Shown here one piece after another: positions 29,266 through 42,900 of a DNA stretch of 64,000 bases; within the stretch, counting starts at the first letter, position 1; each line of letters opens with the position of its first letter. The position numbers and the translations under genes are program-made. The stretch lies in the NCBI GenBank assembly GCA_964016885.1, contig OZ024756.1, positions 13,392,001 through 13,456,000 of the forward strand. Direction: 5' to 3'. The notes beneath the pieces are model-generated. The model was given only the letters and a program-made list of their open reading frames with translations. It ran no database searches and was not told the origin of the DNA. The stretch is from Eledone cirrhosa. Lineage: Eukaryota.

Positions 29266-29598
29266 TTGTGCCAACTGAAGACGTGCCACTGGTACAGCGA
29301 GACATTGCGGTCACACTGCAGCCGTGCGACTGGTACAGCCAGTTATTGGTGTGCCACTGAAGACGTGCCACTGGTACAGCCAGTCATTGGTGTGCCACTG
29401 AAGACGTGCCACTGGTACAGCCAGTCATTGGTGTGCCACTGACGACGTGCCACTGGTACAGCCAGTCATTGGTGTGCCACTGAAGACGTGCCACTAGTAC
29501 AGCCAGTCATTGGTGTGCCACTGACGACGTGCCACTGGTACAGCCAGTCATTGGTGTGCCACTGAAAACGTGCCATTTGTACAGCCAGTTATTGGTGT
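29266..29598. repeat. 41-bp tandem repeat (ggtgtgccactgaagacgtgccactggtacagccagtcatt)
   Basis: Period 41 (29348, 29389, and so on), about 7-8 units, with internal GTGCCACTG duplicated. Confidence 0.93.
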
Positions 29599-32500
29599 CA
29601 GCCCCTTAGTCAATTAGACACCGACCGAGTCAGCCATTTAACTGTCAGTCTTTTAGTCAATTAGACATCCATTCAGTCAGCCATTTAACTGTCATCCCAT
29701 TAGTCTATTAGAGATCCAGTCAGCCATTCAACTCTCAGTCCCTTAGTCAATTAGACACCCAGTCAACCATTTAACTGTCAGTCTCTTAGTCAATTAGACA
29801 CACAGTCAGCCATTTAACTGTCAGCCCCTTAGTCAATTAGACATCCAGTGAACCATTTAACTGTCAGCCCCTTAGTCAATTAGACATCCAGTCAACAATT
29901 TAACTGTCAGTCCGTCCCTTAGTCAATTAGCCACCCAGTCAGCTATTTAACTGTCAGTCTTTTAGTCAATTAGACACCCAGTCAGCCATTTAACTGTCAG
30001 TCCCTTAGTCAATTAGACACCCAGTCAGCCATTTAAATGTCAGTCCCTTAGTCAATTAGACACCCAGTCAGCCATTTAACTGTCAGTCCCTTCGTCAAAT
30101 AGACACCCAGTCAGCCATTTAACTGTCAGCCCCTTAGTCAATTAGACACCCAGTCAGCCATTTAACTGTCATCCCCTTAGTCAATTAGACACCCAGTCAG
30201 CCATTTAACTGTCAATCTTCTAGTCAATTAGACAACCAGTCAGCCATTTAACTGACAGCCCCTTAGTCAATCAGACACCCAGTCAGCCATTTAACTGTCA
30301 GCCCCTTAGTCAATTAGCCACCCAGTCAGCTATTTAACTGTCAGTCCCTTAGTCAATTAGCCACCCAGTAAGCCATTTAACTGACAGCCCCTTAGTCAAT
30401 CAGACACCCAGTCAGCCATTTAACTGTCATCCCCTTAGTCAATTAGCCACCCAGTCAGCTATTTAACTGTCAGTCCCTTAGTCAATTAGCCACCCAGTAA
30501 GCCATTTAACTGTCAGCCCCTTAGTCAATTAGACACACAGTCAGCTATTTAACTGTCAGCTCCTCAGTCAATTAGACACCCAGTGAGCCATTTAACTGTC
30601 ATCCCCTTAGTCAATTAGACACCCAGTCAGCCATTTAACTGTCATCTCCTTAGTCAATTAGACATCCAGTCAACCGTTTAACTGTCAGCCCCTTAGTCAA
30701 TTAGACATCCAGTCAACCATTTAAGTGTCAGTCCGTCCCTTAGTCAATTAGCCACCCAGTCAGCTATTTAACTGTCAGTCTTTTAGTCAATTAGACACCC
30801 AGTCAGCCATTTAACTGTTAGTCCCTTAGTCAATTAGACACCCAGTCAGCCATTTAACTGTCAGCCCCTTAGTCAATTAGACATCCAGTCAACCATTTAA
30901 CTGTGAGTCTCTTAATCAATTTGACACCCAGTTAGACATTTAAATGTCAGTCCCTTAGTCAATTAGACACCCAGTCAGCCATTTAACTGTCAGCTCCTTA
31001 GTCAATTAGACACCCAGTCAGCCATTTAACTGTCAGTCCCTTCGTCAAATAGACACCCAGTCAGCCATTTAACTGTCAATCTTCTAGTCAATTAGACACC
31101 CAGTCAGCCATTTAACTGTCAATCTTCTAGTCAATTAGACACCCAGTCAGCCATTTAACTTTCAGCCCCTTAGTCAATTAGACACCCAGTCAGACAGTTA
31201 ACTGTCAGTCTTCTAGTCAATTAGACGCCCAGTCCGCCATTTAACTGTCAGCCCCATAGTCAGTTAGACACCCAGTCAGCCATTTAACTGTCTGTCAGCC
31301 CCTTAGTCAAGTAGACACCCAGTCAGCCATATGAATGTCTGCACCTTAGTCAATTAGACACCCAGTCAGTTATTTAACTGTCAGCTCCTTAGTCAATCAG
31401 ACACCCATCAGCCATTTAACTGACAGCCCCTTAGTCAATCAGACACCCAGTCAGCCATTTAACTGTCATCCCCTTAGTCAATTAGACCTCCAGTCAGCCA
31501 TTTAACTGTCAGTCCCTTAGTCAATTTGCCACCCAGTAAGCCATTTAACTGTCAGCCCCTTAGTCAATTAGACACACAGTCAATCATTTAACTGTCATCT
31601 CCTTAGTCAATTATACACCCAGTCAGCCATTTAACTGTCAGCCCCTTAGTCAATTAGACGCCCAGTCAGCCATTTAAGTGTCAGTCCCTTAGTCAATTAG
31701 ACACCCAGTCAGCTATTTAACTGTCAGCTCCTCAGTCAATTAGACATCCAGTCATCCACTTAACTGTCAGCCCCCGTAGTCAATTAGACACCCAGTCAGC
31801 CATTTAACTGTCAGTCCCTTAGTCAATTAGCCACCCAGTCAGCTATTTAACTGTCAGTTCCTTAGTCAATTAGCCACCCAGTCAGCCATTTAACTGTCAT
31901 CCCCTTAGTCAATTAGACCTCCATTCAGCCATTTAACTGTCAGTCCCTTAGTCAATTAGCCACCCAGTAAGCCATTTAACTGTCAGCCCCTTAGTCAATT
32001 AGACACACAGTCAATCATTTAACTGTCAGTCTCTTAGTTAATTAGACACACAGTCAGCCATTTAACTGTCAGCCCCTTAGTCAATTAGACATCCAGTGAA
32101 CCATTTAACTGTCAGCCCCTTAGTCAATTAGACATCCAGTCAACGATTTAACTGTCAGTCCGTCCCTTAGTCAATTAGCCACCCAGTCAGCTATTTAACT
32201 GTCAGTCTTTTAGTCAATTAGACACCCAGTCAGCCATTTAACTGTCAGTCCCTTAGTCAATTAGACACCCAGTCAGCCATTTAACTGTCAGTCCCTTAGT
32301 CAATTAGACACCTAGTCAGCCATTTAACCGTCAGCCCCTTAGTCAATTAGACACCCAGTCAGCCATTCAACTGTCAGTCCCTTAGTCAATTAGACACCCA
32401 ATCAGCCATTTAACTGTCATCCCCTTAGTCAATTAGACCTCCAGTCAGCCATTTAACTGTCAGTCCCTTAGTCAATTAGCCACCCAGTAAGCCATTTAAC

Positions 32501-34570
32501 TGTCAGCCCCTTAGTCAATTAGACATCCAGTCAACCATTTAACTGTCAGTCGCTTAATCAATTTGACACCCAGTCAGCCATTTAAATGTCAGTCCCTTAG
32601 TCAATTAGACACCCAGTCAGCCATTTAACTGTCAGTCCCTTCGTCAAATAGACACCCAGTCAGCCATTTAATTGTCAATCTTCTAGTCAATTAGACCTCC
32701 AGTCAGCCATTTAACTGTCAGCCCCTTAGTCGATGAGACATCAAGTCAGCCCCTTAGTCAATTAGACACCCAGTCAGCCATTTAACTGTTTGCCGATTAG
32801 TCAGTTAGACACCCAGTCAGCCATTTAACTGTCAGCCCCTTAGTCAATTAGACACCCAGTCAGCCATATGAATATCTGTCCCTTAGTCAATTAGACACCT
32901 AGTCAGCCATTTAACCGTCAGCCCATTAGTCAATTAGACACCCAGTCAGCCATTCAACTGTCAGTCCCTTAGTCAATTAGACACCCAATCAGCCATTTAA
33001 CTGTCATCCCCTTAGTCAATTAGACCTCCAGTCAGCCATTTAACTGTCAGCCCCTTAGTCAATTACACACACAGTCAGCCATTTAACTGTCAGCCCCTTA
33101 GTCAATTAGACATCCAGTCAACCATTCAACTGTCAGTCCCTTAGTCAATTAGACACACAGCCAGCCATTTAACTGTCATCCCCTTAATCAATTAGACACC
33201 CAGTCAGCCATTTAACTGTCAGCCCCTTAGTCAATTAGACACCCAGTCAGCCATTTAACTGTCATCTCCTTAGTCAATTAGACACCCAGTCAGCCATTTA
33301 ACTGTCAGCTCCTTAGTCAATTAGACGCCCAGTCAGCCATTTAAGTGTCAGTCCCTTAGTCAATTAGACACCCAGTCAACCATTTAACTGTCAGCCCCGT
33401 AGTCAATTAGACACCCAGTCAGCCATTTAACTGCCAGTCTTTCAGTCAATTAGACACCCAGTCAGCCATTTAACTGTCAGTCCCTTAGTCAATTAGACAC
33501 ACAGTCAGCCATTTAACTGTCAGCCCCTTAGTCAATTAGACATCCAGTCAATCATTTAACTGTCAGCCCCTTAGTCAATTAGACATCCAGTCAACCATTT
33601 AACTGTCAGTCCGTCCCTTAGTCAATTAGCCACCCAGCCAGCTATTTAACTGTCAGTCTTTTAGTCAATTAGACACCCAGTCAGCGATTTAAATGTCAGT
33701 CCCTTAGTCAATTAGCCACCCAGCCAGCTATTTAACTGTCAGTCTTTTAGTCAATTAGACACCCAGTCAGCCATTTAACTGTCAGCCCCTTAGTCAATTA
33801 GACATCCAGTCAACCATTTAACTTTCAGCCCCTTAGTCAATTAGACATCCAGTCAACCATTTAACTGTCAGTCTCTTAATCAATTTGACACCCAGTCAGC
33901 CATTTAAATGTCAGTCCCTTAGTCAATTAGACACCCAGTCAGCCATTTAACTGTCAGTCCCTTCGTCAAATAGACACCCACTCAGCCATTTAACTGTCAA
34001 TCTTCTAGTCAATTAGACACCCAGTCAGCCATTTAACTGTCAGCCCCTTAGTCAATTAGACACCCAGTCAGCCATTTAACTGTCATCCCCTTAGTCAATT
34101 AGACACCCAGTCAGCCATTTAACTGTCAATCTTCTAGTCAATTAGACACCCAGTCAGCCATTTAACTGTCAGCTCCTTAGTCAATTAGACACCCAGTCAG
34201 CCATTTAACTGTCATCCCCTTAGTCAATTAGACACCCAGTCAGCCATTTAACTGTCAATCTTCTAGTCAATTAGACACCCAGTCAGCCATTTAACTGACA
34301 GCCCCTTAGTCAATCAGACACCCAGTCAGCCATTTAACTGTCAGCCCCTTAGTCAATTAGACACCCAGTCAGCCATTTAACTGACAGCCCCTTAGTTAAT
34401 CAGACACCCAGTCAGCCATTTAACTGTCATCCCCTTAGTCAATTAGCCACCCAGTCAGCCATTCAACTGTCAGTCCCTTAGTCAATTAGACACCCAGTCA
34501 GCCATTTAACTATCAGCCCCTTAGTCAGTTAGACACAAAGTCATCCCCTTAGTCCATACCCAGCCACCCA
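29596..34570. repeat. 43-bp satellite (cagtcagccatttaactgtcagccccttagtcaattagacacc)n, ~5 kb
   Basis: Period 43 (for example 34021 to 34064), about 115 units by length, with recurring variants. Confidence 0.97.
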
Positions 34571-34874
34571 GCCAGTCAAGAAAAAATTAAAAAAGACACA
34601 ATACGATGAAGCCCCAACATTAACACCAGCACCCATTAAGGATATGCCCCTCTCTGACGGCACAGATTTGGATATAAATTGTGGAAAGTGGAAGAGTAGG
34701 AAATCGTCTATCACAAAGACAGAAAAAGAGGAAAACTCCTTTGGCTTCGTCCGAGTAAAAGTAGCCGGTAGAAAACAATACAAAACGGCAGGATTCTTAT
34801 GACTAATACCTACACCAATCTTACCACCTCCACAACCTGGAAAGTGTCGAGGGAGGGCAAAGATTTTTCTTTTC

Positions 34875-35520
34875 GGCAAGTTTAACTGGAAGGGGAAAAT
34901 TAGGGTGATGAGGGAACTGCTGCCTTCCAGCCAAAGTGTTGAAAGGTAGGTGAGAAGGAGGAACATGGTCCGAATGAACTGGCCTGCTTTGTGTATGAAC
35001 CTGTGAATTGGATGATGACAACTGGGAGGGGGCAATTGCTATTGTTGTCAGGACGACTGTGGTTTTTGTGGCCCTTCTCCACGAGTAACCCTTAGAAGTT
35101 TCGCCCCTCTTCTAGAATTTATTCTTTTATTGGAATGTTTTTTCGTTTGTTGTTTTTCTTGTTAATACCTTTTTTGCCGGCAAAAACCTAATTTTGTACC
35201 GTTTGTACCGTCCTGTGTCGTTCAGTACCATCGTATGTCGTTCTGTATCATCCTGTGACCTCCTCTGTCGTCCCGTGCCGTCCTGTGTCATCCTGTTCCA
35301 CACTGTACCGTCTTGTACCGTCCTGTACCGTCATGTACCCTCTTGTACCGCCCTGTACCGTCCTGTACCGCCCTGTATCCTCTTGTACCGTTCTGTACCG
35401 TCCTGTACAACCCTCTACTGCCATGTACCATCCTGTATTGTCCTGTATCGTCTTTAATGTTTTCTTGATATTAGCCCTGTGTGTCTAATAAAGAAACTGT
35501 TATTATTCATTGTTATTGTT
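34875..35520 (+). mobile_element. Tx1/L1-clade LINE 3' end, with a 10-bp (cctgtaccgt)n expansion in the 3' UTR
   Basis: 34880-35090 aligns by eye with 39510-39720. It ends aataaagaaactgttattatt, like 39863-39905. Confidence 0.7.
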
Positions 35521-35620
35521 GTGTACAATTCCTTTGTTAATGGTAACATCCGGGTTTAACATTGTTTGTTTCCTTCAATAGTCTTTAAATACCAGAGAAG
35601 GAAAATATGCCATCGGCATT

Positions 35621-35662
<42 letters not shown>

Positions 35663-35937
35663 GTCGTCGTCAAAGTCATCATTAAATTCTCACCGGGTGA
35701 TGGCGTTCACGATTGATATTTTGTGAAAGAGCTTTTCCTCTCATAACCTACATACATACATACATACATACATACAGACAGACAGGTATACATACTTCCA
35801 CACACACACACACGCCCACACATTTACAAATGTATATATATAGAGAGAGACTGGAGAGCAGATAGTTCACGTTCTCTTATACCAGTAATACACTTCAACT
35901 AGAAGATTATTTGTTAACCAAGAGAACTGGCAACAAG

Positions 35938-36108
35938 ATGATTTCAGCTCCAATATTACGAGAATATCTCCTCAAGTTAAAACAGAAACTCACTGTTCCT
36001 CTCGCGTTGGTTGGTGTTATGGCACTTTTCATGACTGTAGCTATGTTACAACACACCTCACGTATCTCACAGTTAGAAAAAAGGGCCATCAACAAAGAAC
36101 TAGGACCG
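35938..36108 (+). CDS. Probable first coding exon (signal anchor) of the short-chain collagen C4-like gene
   Basis: ATG in aagATG context; MISAPILREYLLKLKQKLTVPLALVGVMALFMTVAMLQHTSRISQLEKRAINKELGP has a hydrophobic segment; strong donor ccg|gtaagt (phase 0). Linkage to the downstream exons is inferred and needs an intervening exon. Confidence 0.55.
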
Positions 36109-36225
36109 GTAAGTTTCTTTTCTATAATTATATTATAACTGGTATTATGTAGGAGCTAGGTCGGGTTAAATTTACATGGGGCAACAGGCTGAAAGTTTCA
36201 TCAAACAACTTGTGCAATATTTATG

Positions 36226-36570
36226 GTATCATGGCTTAGTGGTTAGAGCGTCGGCCTTACAATCGTGAGGTTGTGAGTTCGATTCTCGGACCGGGCTTTG
36301 CGTTGTGTTCTTGAGCAAAACACTTTATTTCACTTTATTTCACGTTATTCCAGCTCACTCAGCTGTAGAAATGAGTTGTGATGTCACTGGTGCCGAACTG
36401 TATCGGCCATTGCCTTTCCTTTGGTCAACATCAGTGGTGTGGCGAGGGTAGACTGGTATGCATGGGCAACTGCTGGTCTTCCACAAACAACTTTGCCTAG
36501 TCTTGTGCCTCGGAGGGTAACTTTCTAGGTACAAATCCCATGGTCATTCGTGGCCGAAGGGGGTCTTAAA
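36226..36570 (+). mobile_element. tRNA-derived SINE, near full length
   Basis: A-box tggcttagtgg, B-box gagttcgattc, CORE-like tgttcttgagcaaaacactt. Confidence 0.8.
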
Positions 36571-37214
36571 TGGCAGGAAAACAAAATAATTAATTTGGTT
36601 CTCTTTAAATATTGCCCTTCCCTTAATCTGTCGCTATATGGGAGTAAGGTGATATGATTACAATGTAGTTTATTAATAACTTGGATTTGAACTGAACATT
36701 AAACAATGCTTCACCAATGTTTAACTCCATACTGCGTAATAAAAAATCGATTTAGATAAGTGAGGCAATTATATCGTACAAGATCTATAAACATTGCCTG
36801 GGTTGACGAGATTGTGACTGCAGACGTGGAAGGAACCGATATCTCGCCTTAATATATAGATAATATAGATAATATCAAAGTACCTAGCAGAAATCTGGTC
36901 ACGCGGTATTTCCAGGATTCCTAAAACTTGTACAAATGATTTGGAGCACCATTCATGATTCTTTTCAGGGCCGCAGAAACTGGTGGGAGAATGTATTTTA
37001 AAACCGAAGACCTGGTTCAACACTAAAGACATCTATGTGCTAGGTTGTTGGTTTAAACTGGGAGACGGATTAAGTTTAAATTTAACTAAATTTAATTGTT
37101 TCTACTTTAGGCACAAGGCCAGCAATTACCCAGTGCATTACTGGTACTTTCTTTTATCGACCCCGTAAGGATGAAAGGCAAAGTCAACCTCGGCGGGAAA
37201 ATTGAATGGTCAAA

Positions 37215-37472
37215 AGAATCAAAAGGCTCATCAGGTTGGCCATTATAGCAGTTTCATTGGCGTTAAACGACTGAGAGTTGAAGACTCTCGCCCCCCACTG
37301 GACGCCAGTTCATCACAGGGTTAACTCCCACATGTTGCAGCTGAATTGATCTCCAGCAACTCGAAATGAAGTATTTTTTTCAAGAATATAACGCACCACC
37401 CGGTCCAGCTGTCACAGCCAGGGCATTATAATCATAAGCTCAATACGCTAACCACTAAGTTACGTACCTTCA
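37215..37472 (-). mobile_element. Decayed SINE
   Basis: Minus strand gaaggtacgtaacttagtggttag head related to 18818/36226, followed by cccctgtgatgaactggcgtccag. Confidence 0.55.
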
Positions 37473-37591
37473 CCAACTAACTATAACCAGTACAAAATAC
37501 ACAGCAGCAAAAACAACAATTGTCGGGAAAAAACCTACACTCAAATATACACAACTACTACTATTACTGCTGTTGTTGCTGCTGCTGCTGT

Positions 37592-37644
<53 letters not shown>

Positions 37645-37666
37645 CTACTACTACTACTACTACTAC

Positions 37667-37702
<36 letters not shown>

Positions 37703-37708
<6 letters not shown>

Positions 37709-38600
37709 ATAATTGGGGAGGGTCATATTATTGTAATAATATTCCCAGAAATAATAACAGAACACACTCACTGTTTGGTTGGTTTTCGCTTCTGTATCTC
37801 TTATATCTCCACAGTTAATTCATTTGGTCCACAATGTTTATCATTGACTGACCAACGGTCAAAAATACAGATATAATATAGATACATATATATAGTCTAA
37901 CAAAGTTCTTTCGTTGCACATCTGCAACATCGTCAGTGGTGCTATTATGTTTCCTCCTGTTGTATTGTATGTCCACGCCATCTTTATTTAATCTGTTTAT
38001 TTACTTTTGTCTTCTTCTCTGCGCATGCGTTTGCGCGTGTGTATAGTGTTTGATGTGTGTTCGTGTTTGGGTGACTATGTTTTGGTTATTGTATTCTATT
38101 TTAGTTTACTAGTGTGTGTTTATATGTGTTTGTTGTTATTGTGCTTGTGTATGTATTTATTTATTTATTTATTTATTTATATTTCTCTTAGGTCAGTGTT
38201 GTTTGTTTGGGTGTTGTTGTTATTCCATTCATTTTTTCTGTTTAGCTTTGGCCTTGTAAGTTCTATTTCACTGGCTTCTCTGATTTGCCTATCTGCTGGG
38301 TCATTTCTATGTTTAGATATTATTTTAATTTCTATGTTGTCTATGTTACCGTTGTGTTGTCTGGCGTGTTCGTATAGTACTGAACCGTTTTTTCGTCCTT
38401 TTAGTTCCCCCCAGTGTTGGTCTATCCTTTCACCTATGCTACGAGGTGTCTCGCCTATGTATGTTGTTGTCATGTTTCTGCAAGTACCCTCTTTACATCT
38501 TATGCTATAGACTACTACGTTTCTAGTTTTACAATTTATCCGGGGGTTTACTTTACATATAATACATTTCCTATTAGTACAGTGGGTTTTCTTAAAAGGG
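37703..38600 (-). mobile_element. Diverged Naiad-like PLE 3' fragment (GIY-YIG + pseudo-LTR), bounded by (TA)n on both sides
   Basis: ORF 38177..38473 YIGETPRSIGERIDQHW..SVLYEHA..RQIREA..PKLNRKNEW is paralogous to 27417..28079. The terminus attgttat..ttggggagggtcat matches 24963. Confidence 0.85.
37899..37940 (-). ncRNA. Hammerhead motif (degenerate stem I)
   Basis: acca CTGACGA t gttgca-gatg-tgcaac GAAA gaac TT tgtt, at the position equivalent to 28280. Confidence 0.6.
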
Positions 38601-38657
<57 letters not shown>

Positions 38658-38764
38658 CATATCTAACAACTATATTTTCAATATAATTTCAGACTCAATT
38701 CATTCCGAGACCATCTTCACGTAAGTGACACATTTTCATATTTAGTATACACACATTCTACATT

Positions 38765-39873
38765 ATTTGTTCAAATCCCGCTGTGGCTGATAATTATCAG
38801 CCACGTGTTTGCATTATAATGCGCAAACACGTGCTGAGGCTGCGACATCGCTGGTTCTTCCTTGATGGTGAACAGGCGTGGTCGCCGTTTGCCAGACGTG
38901 TTTTTCCCCAGCTCGTTCATTAACAGAGCTGCAGTCCTGGATCAGGAAAAGACCGAGGGATAGCGCTTGGAAGCTGAAATGTCTCCAAGCGCTCACAGCC
39001 TTCTACCAGCTGGGCACTAGTATTGGTGGAACATCCACCTCGGCGTTCTATAGAGAACTAGTGGAGGTGAAGAGTGACGACGTTCTCGGGGAGACCATGA
39101 GCATCGAAGATGATCAGCTGTTCGGTCTCTTCAAGAGAATTTTCAGCCCGGGGCCCATAGACAACTTCCAGAAATCTCTGGCCTAGCAGTGCTACCGAGG
39201 AGCTTTGACAGTTCGGGATAAACTCTATAGGCACGGAAGTGTCGTCAGCCGGGCTTGTCCGAGATGCGTTCAGTGTGACGAAACCGTCCTGCACGCACTC
39301 GTCCAGTGTCCGAGCATTGCTGACTTGTGTGTTTATGTTGAACACCTGCTGTCGCGTGAGGATTGCCCCGCCGCCTTCTTTTAGCCAGGAAGGACAGGCA
39401 GTTTTTATCTGCCTGGTGACCATGGCGAAAGAGATCGTGTGGTGGACGCGTTTGAAAGGGCTGAAAAGGAGCACTTACCTCTTCGGTAATGCCCTGATTA
39501 ACTTTTCAAATTTCACTTGAAAAGGAAAATCAGGGTGGAGAGGGAAGTGCTCTCTTCCCAGCAATTTGTTGAAAGATGGGTGAGCGAGGCAAGTATGGCC
39601 CGAGTGAATGGGCCTGCTCTGAGTATGCGCCTGTAAATTGAAGGTGGAAAACTGGGAGAGGGCACTTGCCCTGGTGGTAAGGGTCACTGTGACTTTTTTA
39701 ATGGGCTTTCTCCACAAGTGTCCCCATTGGGGAATTTTCCTTTGTTTCTTTTTTTTTTGTCATTTCCTTTGTTTTTACTTTACACGCAGAAATGCCCATG
39801 TGTACCATACTATACGTCCTGTACCGTCCTTAATGTTATACTTTATGTCAATCCTTGTAGTTAATAAAGAAAA

Positions 39874-39905
<32 letters not shown>
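38765..39905 (+). mobile_element. Tx1/L1-clade LINE 3' fragment (CCHC region, 3' UTR, AATAAA + (ATT)n)
   Basis: Homologous to 43880-44830 (LTELQSW, DNFQKSLA, CPRC..DETVLHALVQC). Confidence 0.85.
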
Positions 39906-39906
<1 letters not shown>

Positions 39907-39954
39907 GGCGGTGGATTTGGCAGTATCGGTAGAGGGTCGGACGCCATGCTTTGA

Positions 39955-42900
39955 AGCAACGAAAATACAGATAACAAAAAAAATGACAAATGCAACAACA
40001 ATACCAACACCACTAACATGAAAACAAATAGCGACAACACCAACAGCAACAATACCAACTGCACCGAGAACAACGGCGGCACCAAAGACAACAATGATAA
40101 CAGCGACAGTGATAACAACAACACCAACAACAACAACACCCCCAAACGACAAGAAGAAGAACACTTTCGCTGCGGAAGCAGCAAAAAAAAAAGAGGACAT
40201 GCTTCAACATGGACCTCTTAAACAAAGATGAAAAGTTGGCCCAGGCCTGGAAGCTCATCAAGCAAGAGCAAACGTGGGTCAACTTAACTGTCCCGGTAGA
40301 AGATATTGAGGCAGTGGAGCGCAGAACGGTGCATTACAGATGCATCTCAGCACAAACCAAAAGAGCAGCTTTAATTCCACAAGCAGATGTCGAAGTCGCG
40401 CTGAGGTGCATCAGAGATGACACCGAATACATAGCGAGGGGCAGACAGTACGGCACCATTTAGGTGCTGTTCAAGTCAGAAGCCCTCGCCATGAAACACG
40501 CGACGACTCCTTGCAAAACCAGCAAGGGAAAAAGAACGGCCCGTCTCCGCATTCCCAGAATCCCACCAGGACTTGACATGTGGTGGCTTCTGGGATGTGT
40601 GATTGTGGAGGGGACGGATACCGTCCCGATAGAAGTGACAAGAACGGCCAGAGAGGACTGGTCCGGGGTTGACCTGGAGGTACTTCTCCAGTTCAGGCCC
40701 GAGAATGTGAAGACAATCCCGGACCACATCCGCCTTCAGAATGAGACGGTCATTCATATTATGACCGAGGGAAAAAGGCCGCATTGTTTTGTTTGTGGGG
40801 GGAAAAAACCCATTTGCGAGCCTTCTGCCCTCAACTGCTGAAAGATGCAAGGGGTCGAAGGGCTCCACTGCTGCCGACGCCGGGGCGAGGACCACAACCA
40901 ACACCAGCACCGGAAAAACCAACAACAACAACACCAATAGAAAGACCACCACCAACATTGACCACCCAGGGGGGAAACGAGGAAAGTTGTCAAATTCCCC
41001 CTCCCCAACAAAATACACACATCAATAAAAACATAAACACACACAGACACACTTACAGACACAGACCCCCTCATCTACCAGTAGTGAAGATGAGGGAAAA
41101 CCAAAATACCCCAAAATACAAAAAAGGAAACACAAAGGAAAAAAAAAATCAACAAAGCACAAAATCACCTACAATAAAAAATGCAGACACCACCCACGCA
41201 AACATATCTCCAATAACACCAACATCAACACCACCATCCCCATCACCAGAATCCCCCAAACGCAAACAACCTAAACAGACGCACGAACAAATACACACAC
41301 AAACATCTGAAACCACAGACACCGCACTCACAACAAACACAGACACAACAGAAACAACACCACCAAAACCATCATCACCACAGCCACGCAAACAAATAAA
41401 ATCACACCAACAAACCATACAAAACTTCGTGCTCATCAGGAGGGCCAACAAGGAACTGATGGCCCTCGTAGCACGAAGTGAAAATATACAAAAAGAGAGG
41501 GAAATTTTTAAATCGAGCACATTTCGCGTGCCGGAAGATTTGTTTCTGGTGCGAATGTCGCTCGAGATACGAGACAGCTTTCCTCGAGACGTGGGAACCC
41601 CGAACGTAAAACCCACTTCAAGACTTTTAAAGGGGTTCCCAAAAGAAACCCCACCAATTATGGAGGTCGAACCACCAGACTTTCACAAGAGCCCGGGAGG
41701 TAAGTAAACCTTTCCCCTCTCTCTTTTAACCTGCCAACATGGCCGTATTAAGAGTAGGAAGTTTAAATGTTCGAGGCTTGGGATCGTCCTGGAAGCAGGG
41801 TCACCTGCCCAACGACCTCAGGTCTCTAGAAATGGATGTAATTGCCGTCAGCGAGACCAGGATTTCCGACACGCGCGCACTAGCCCCCATTTTCGACGAC
41901 TATCAGATCTTTGCATTTGTTAGTCGGCCGGGAATGGGAGGTGGGGTGGCAGTGTTGTTTAGGAAAGGCCTGGATCGCGAGGTAAGGTCGATCTTCCGGG
42001 ACCCGGACGGTAAGTTGGTGGTCCTGGGCGTGAACAATAACGAAGGTGCTGCCTTTAGACTGGTGGCCGTCTACTTGGGCAGGACGGCCGGACTTCTTTA
42101 GACGCCTGGAAGCCTTTCTGGGTACGTCTCGCCCTTTACTGTTAGCGGGGGATTGGAACGGCATCTTAGACGCACGCTGGGACTGTGTGGGAGTATCCGA
42201 TAGGAGCGGCGGGTGCAAAAGCCTCAAGAACCTGATCTGCCAGTTCCAACTGTCTGACAGGTTCTCAAAAGAGAGATTAGGGTAATGTCGATAGAGTTTA
42301 GCAAAGAAGTAGCGTTAGAGAAAAATAGAAAGGAGGCGGAGTTCGTAGATACGTTAGACTAGGTTATTTGTAGTGGCATTGAAACTAACGTGCTAGCGGC
42401 GAGAATGGCATTAGACCATTTCTTCAATGCGAAACACGAAGGTTGCATTGTCAGAGCTAAGGCGCGTGCTCTGAGAAACGAGGAAACCAAAGCTGTTCGA
42501 TGGGCCCGCGTGGCAGAGGCGCAGCGTGGTAATAAAACCACGATTCGGTCTTTGACGGACACGAGCTGAGCGATTCCAAGCGGATGTGTGAGGCCTTTCG
42601 CCAACATTTTGCTAGGTTGTTCATGGGAAGTGGCGGGTCAGAGGCGGTGGCGGACTTCAGTCCCTACCTTGATGGCTTGTCGCAACTCTCGACGGCCGAC
42701 GCTGGGCGCTGCGAAAGGCCGATTACTTCAGCCGAGATTCAGGATGCCCTTGTCGGCTGCATGAGGTGCAAGTCAACCGGTTTGGATGGTCTGCCCTACG
42801 AGCTTTACGTAAATATGCCAGACTTGTTCTCCAATCTCCTCGAAGCGCTCTACTGCAACTGGCAGCAGAACGGGAGGATTCCCAGTTCTGTGAGCCGGGC

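Noticed and set aside
29348-29390. CTGAAGA in the 41-bp unit as a tandem hammerhead
   Set aside because: There is no downstream GAAA or stem III/UH in the unit.
29266-34570. CRISPR-like appearance of the 41/43-bp arrays and of the 29-bp array at 45410-48415
   Set aside because: Head-to-tail repeats with no unique spacers, no cas genes, and a eukaryotic context.
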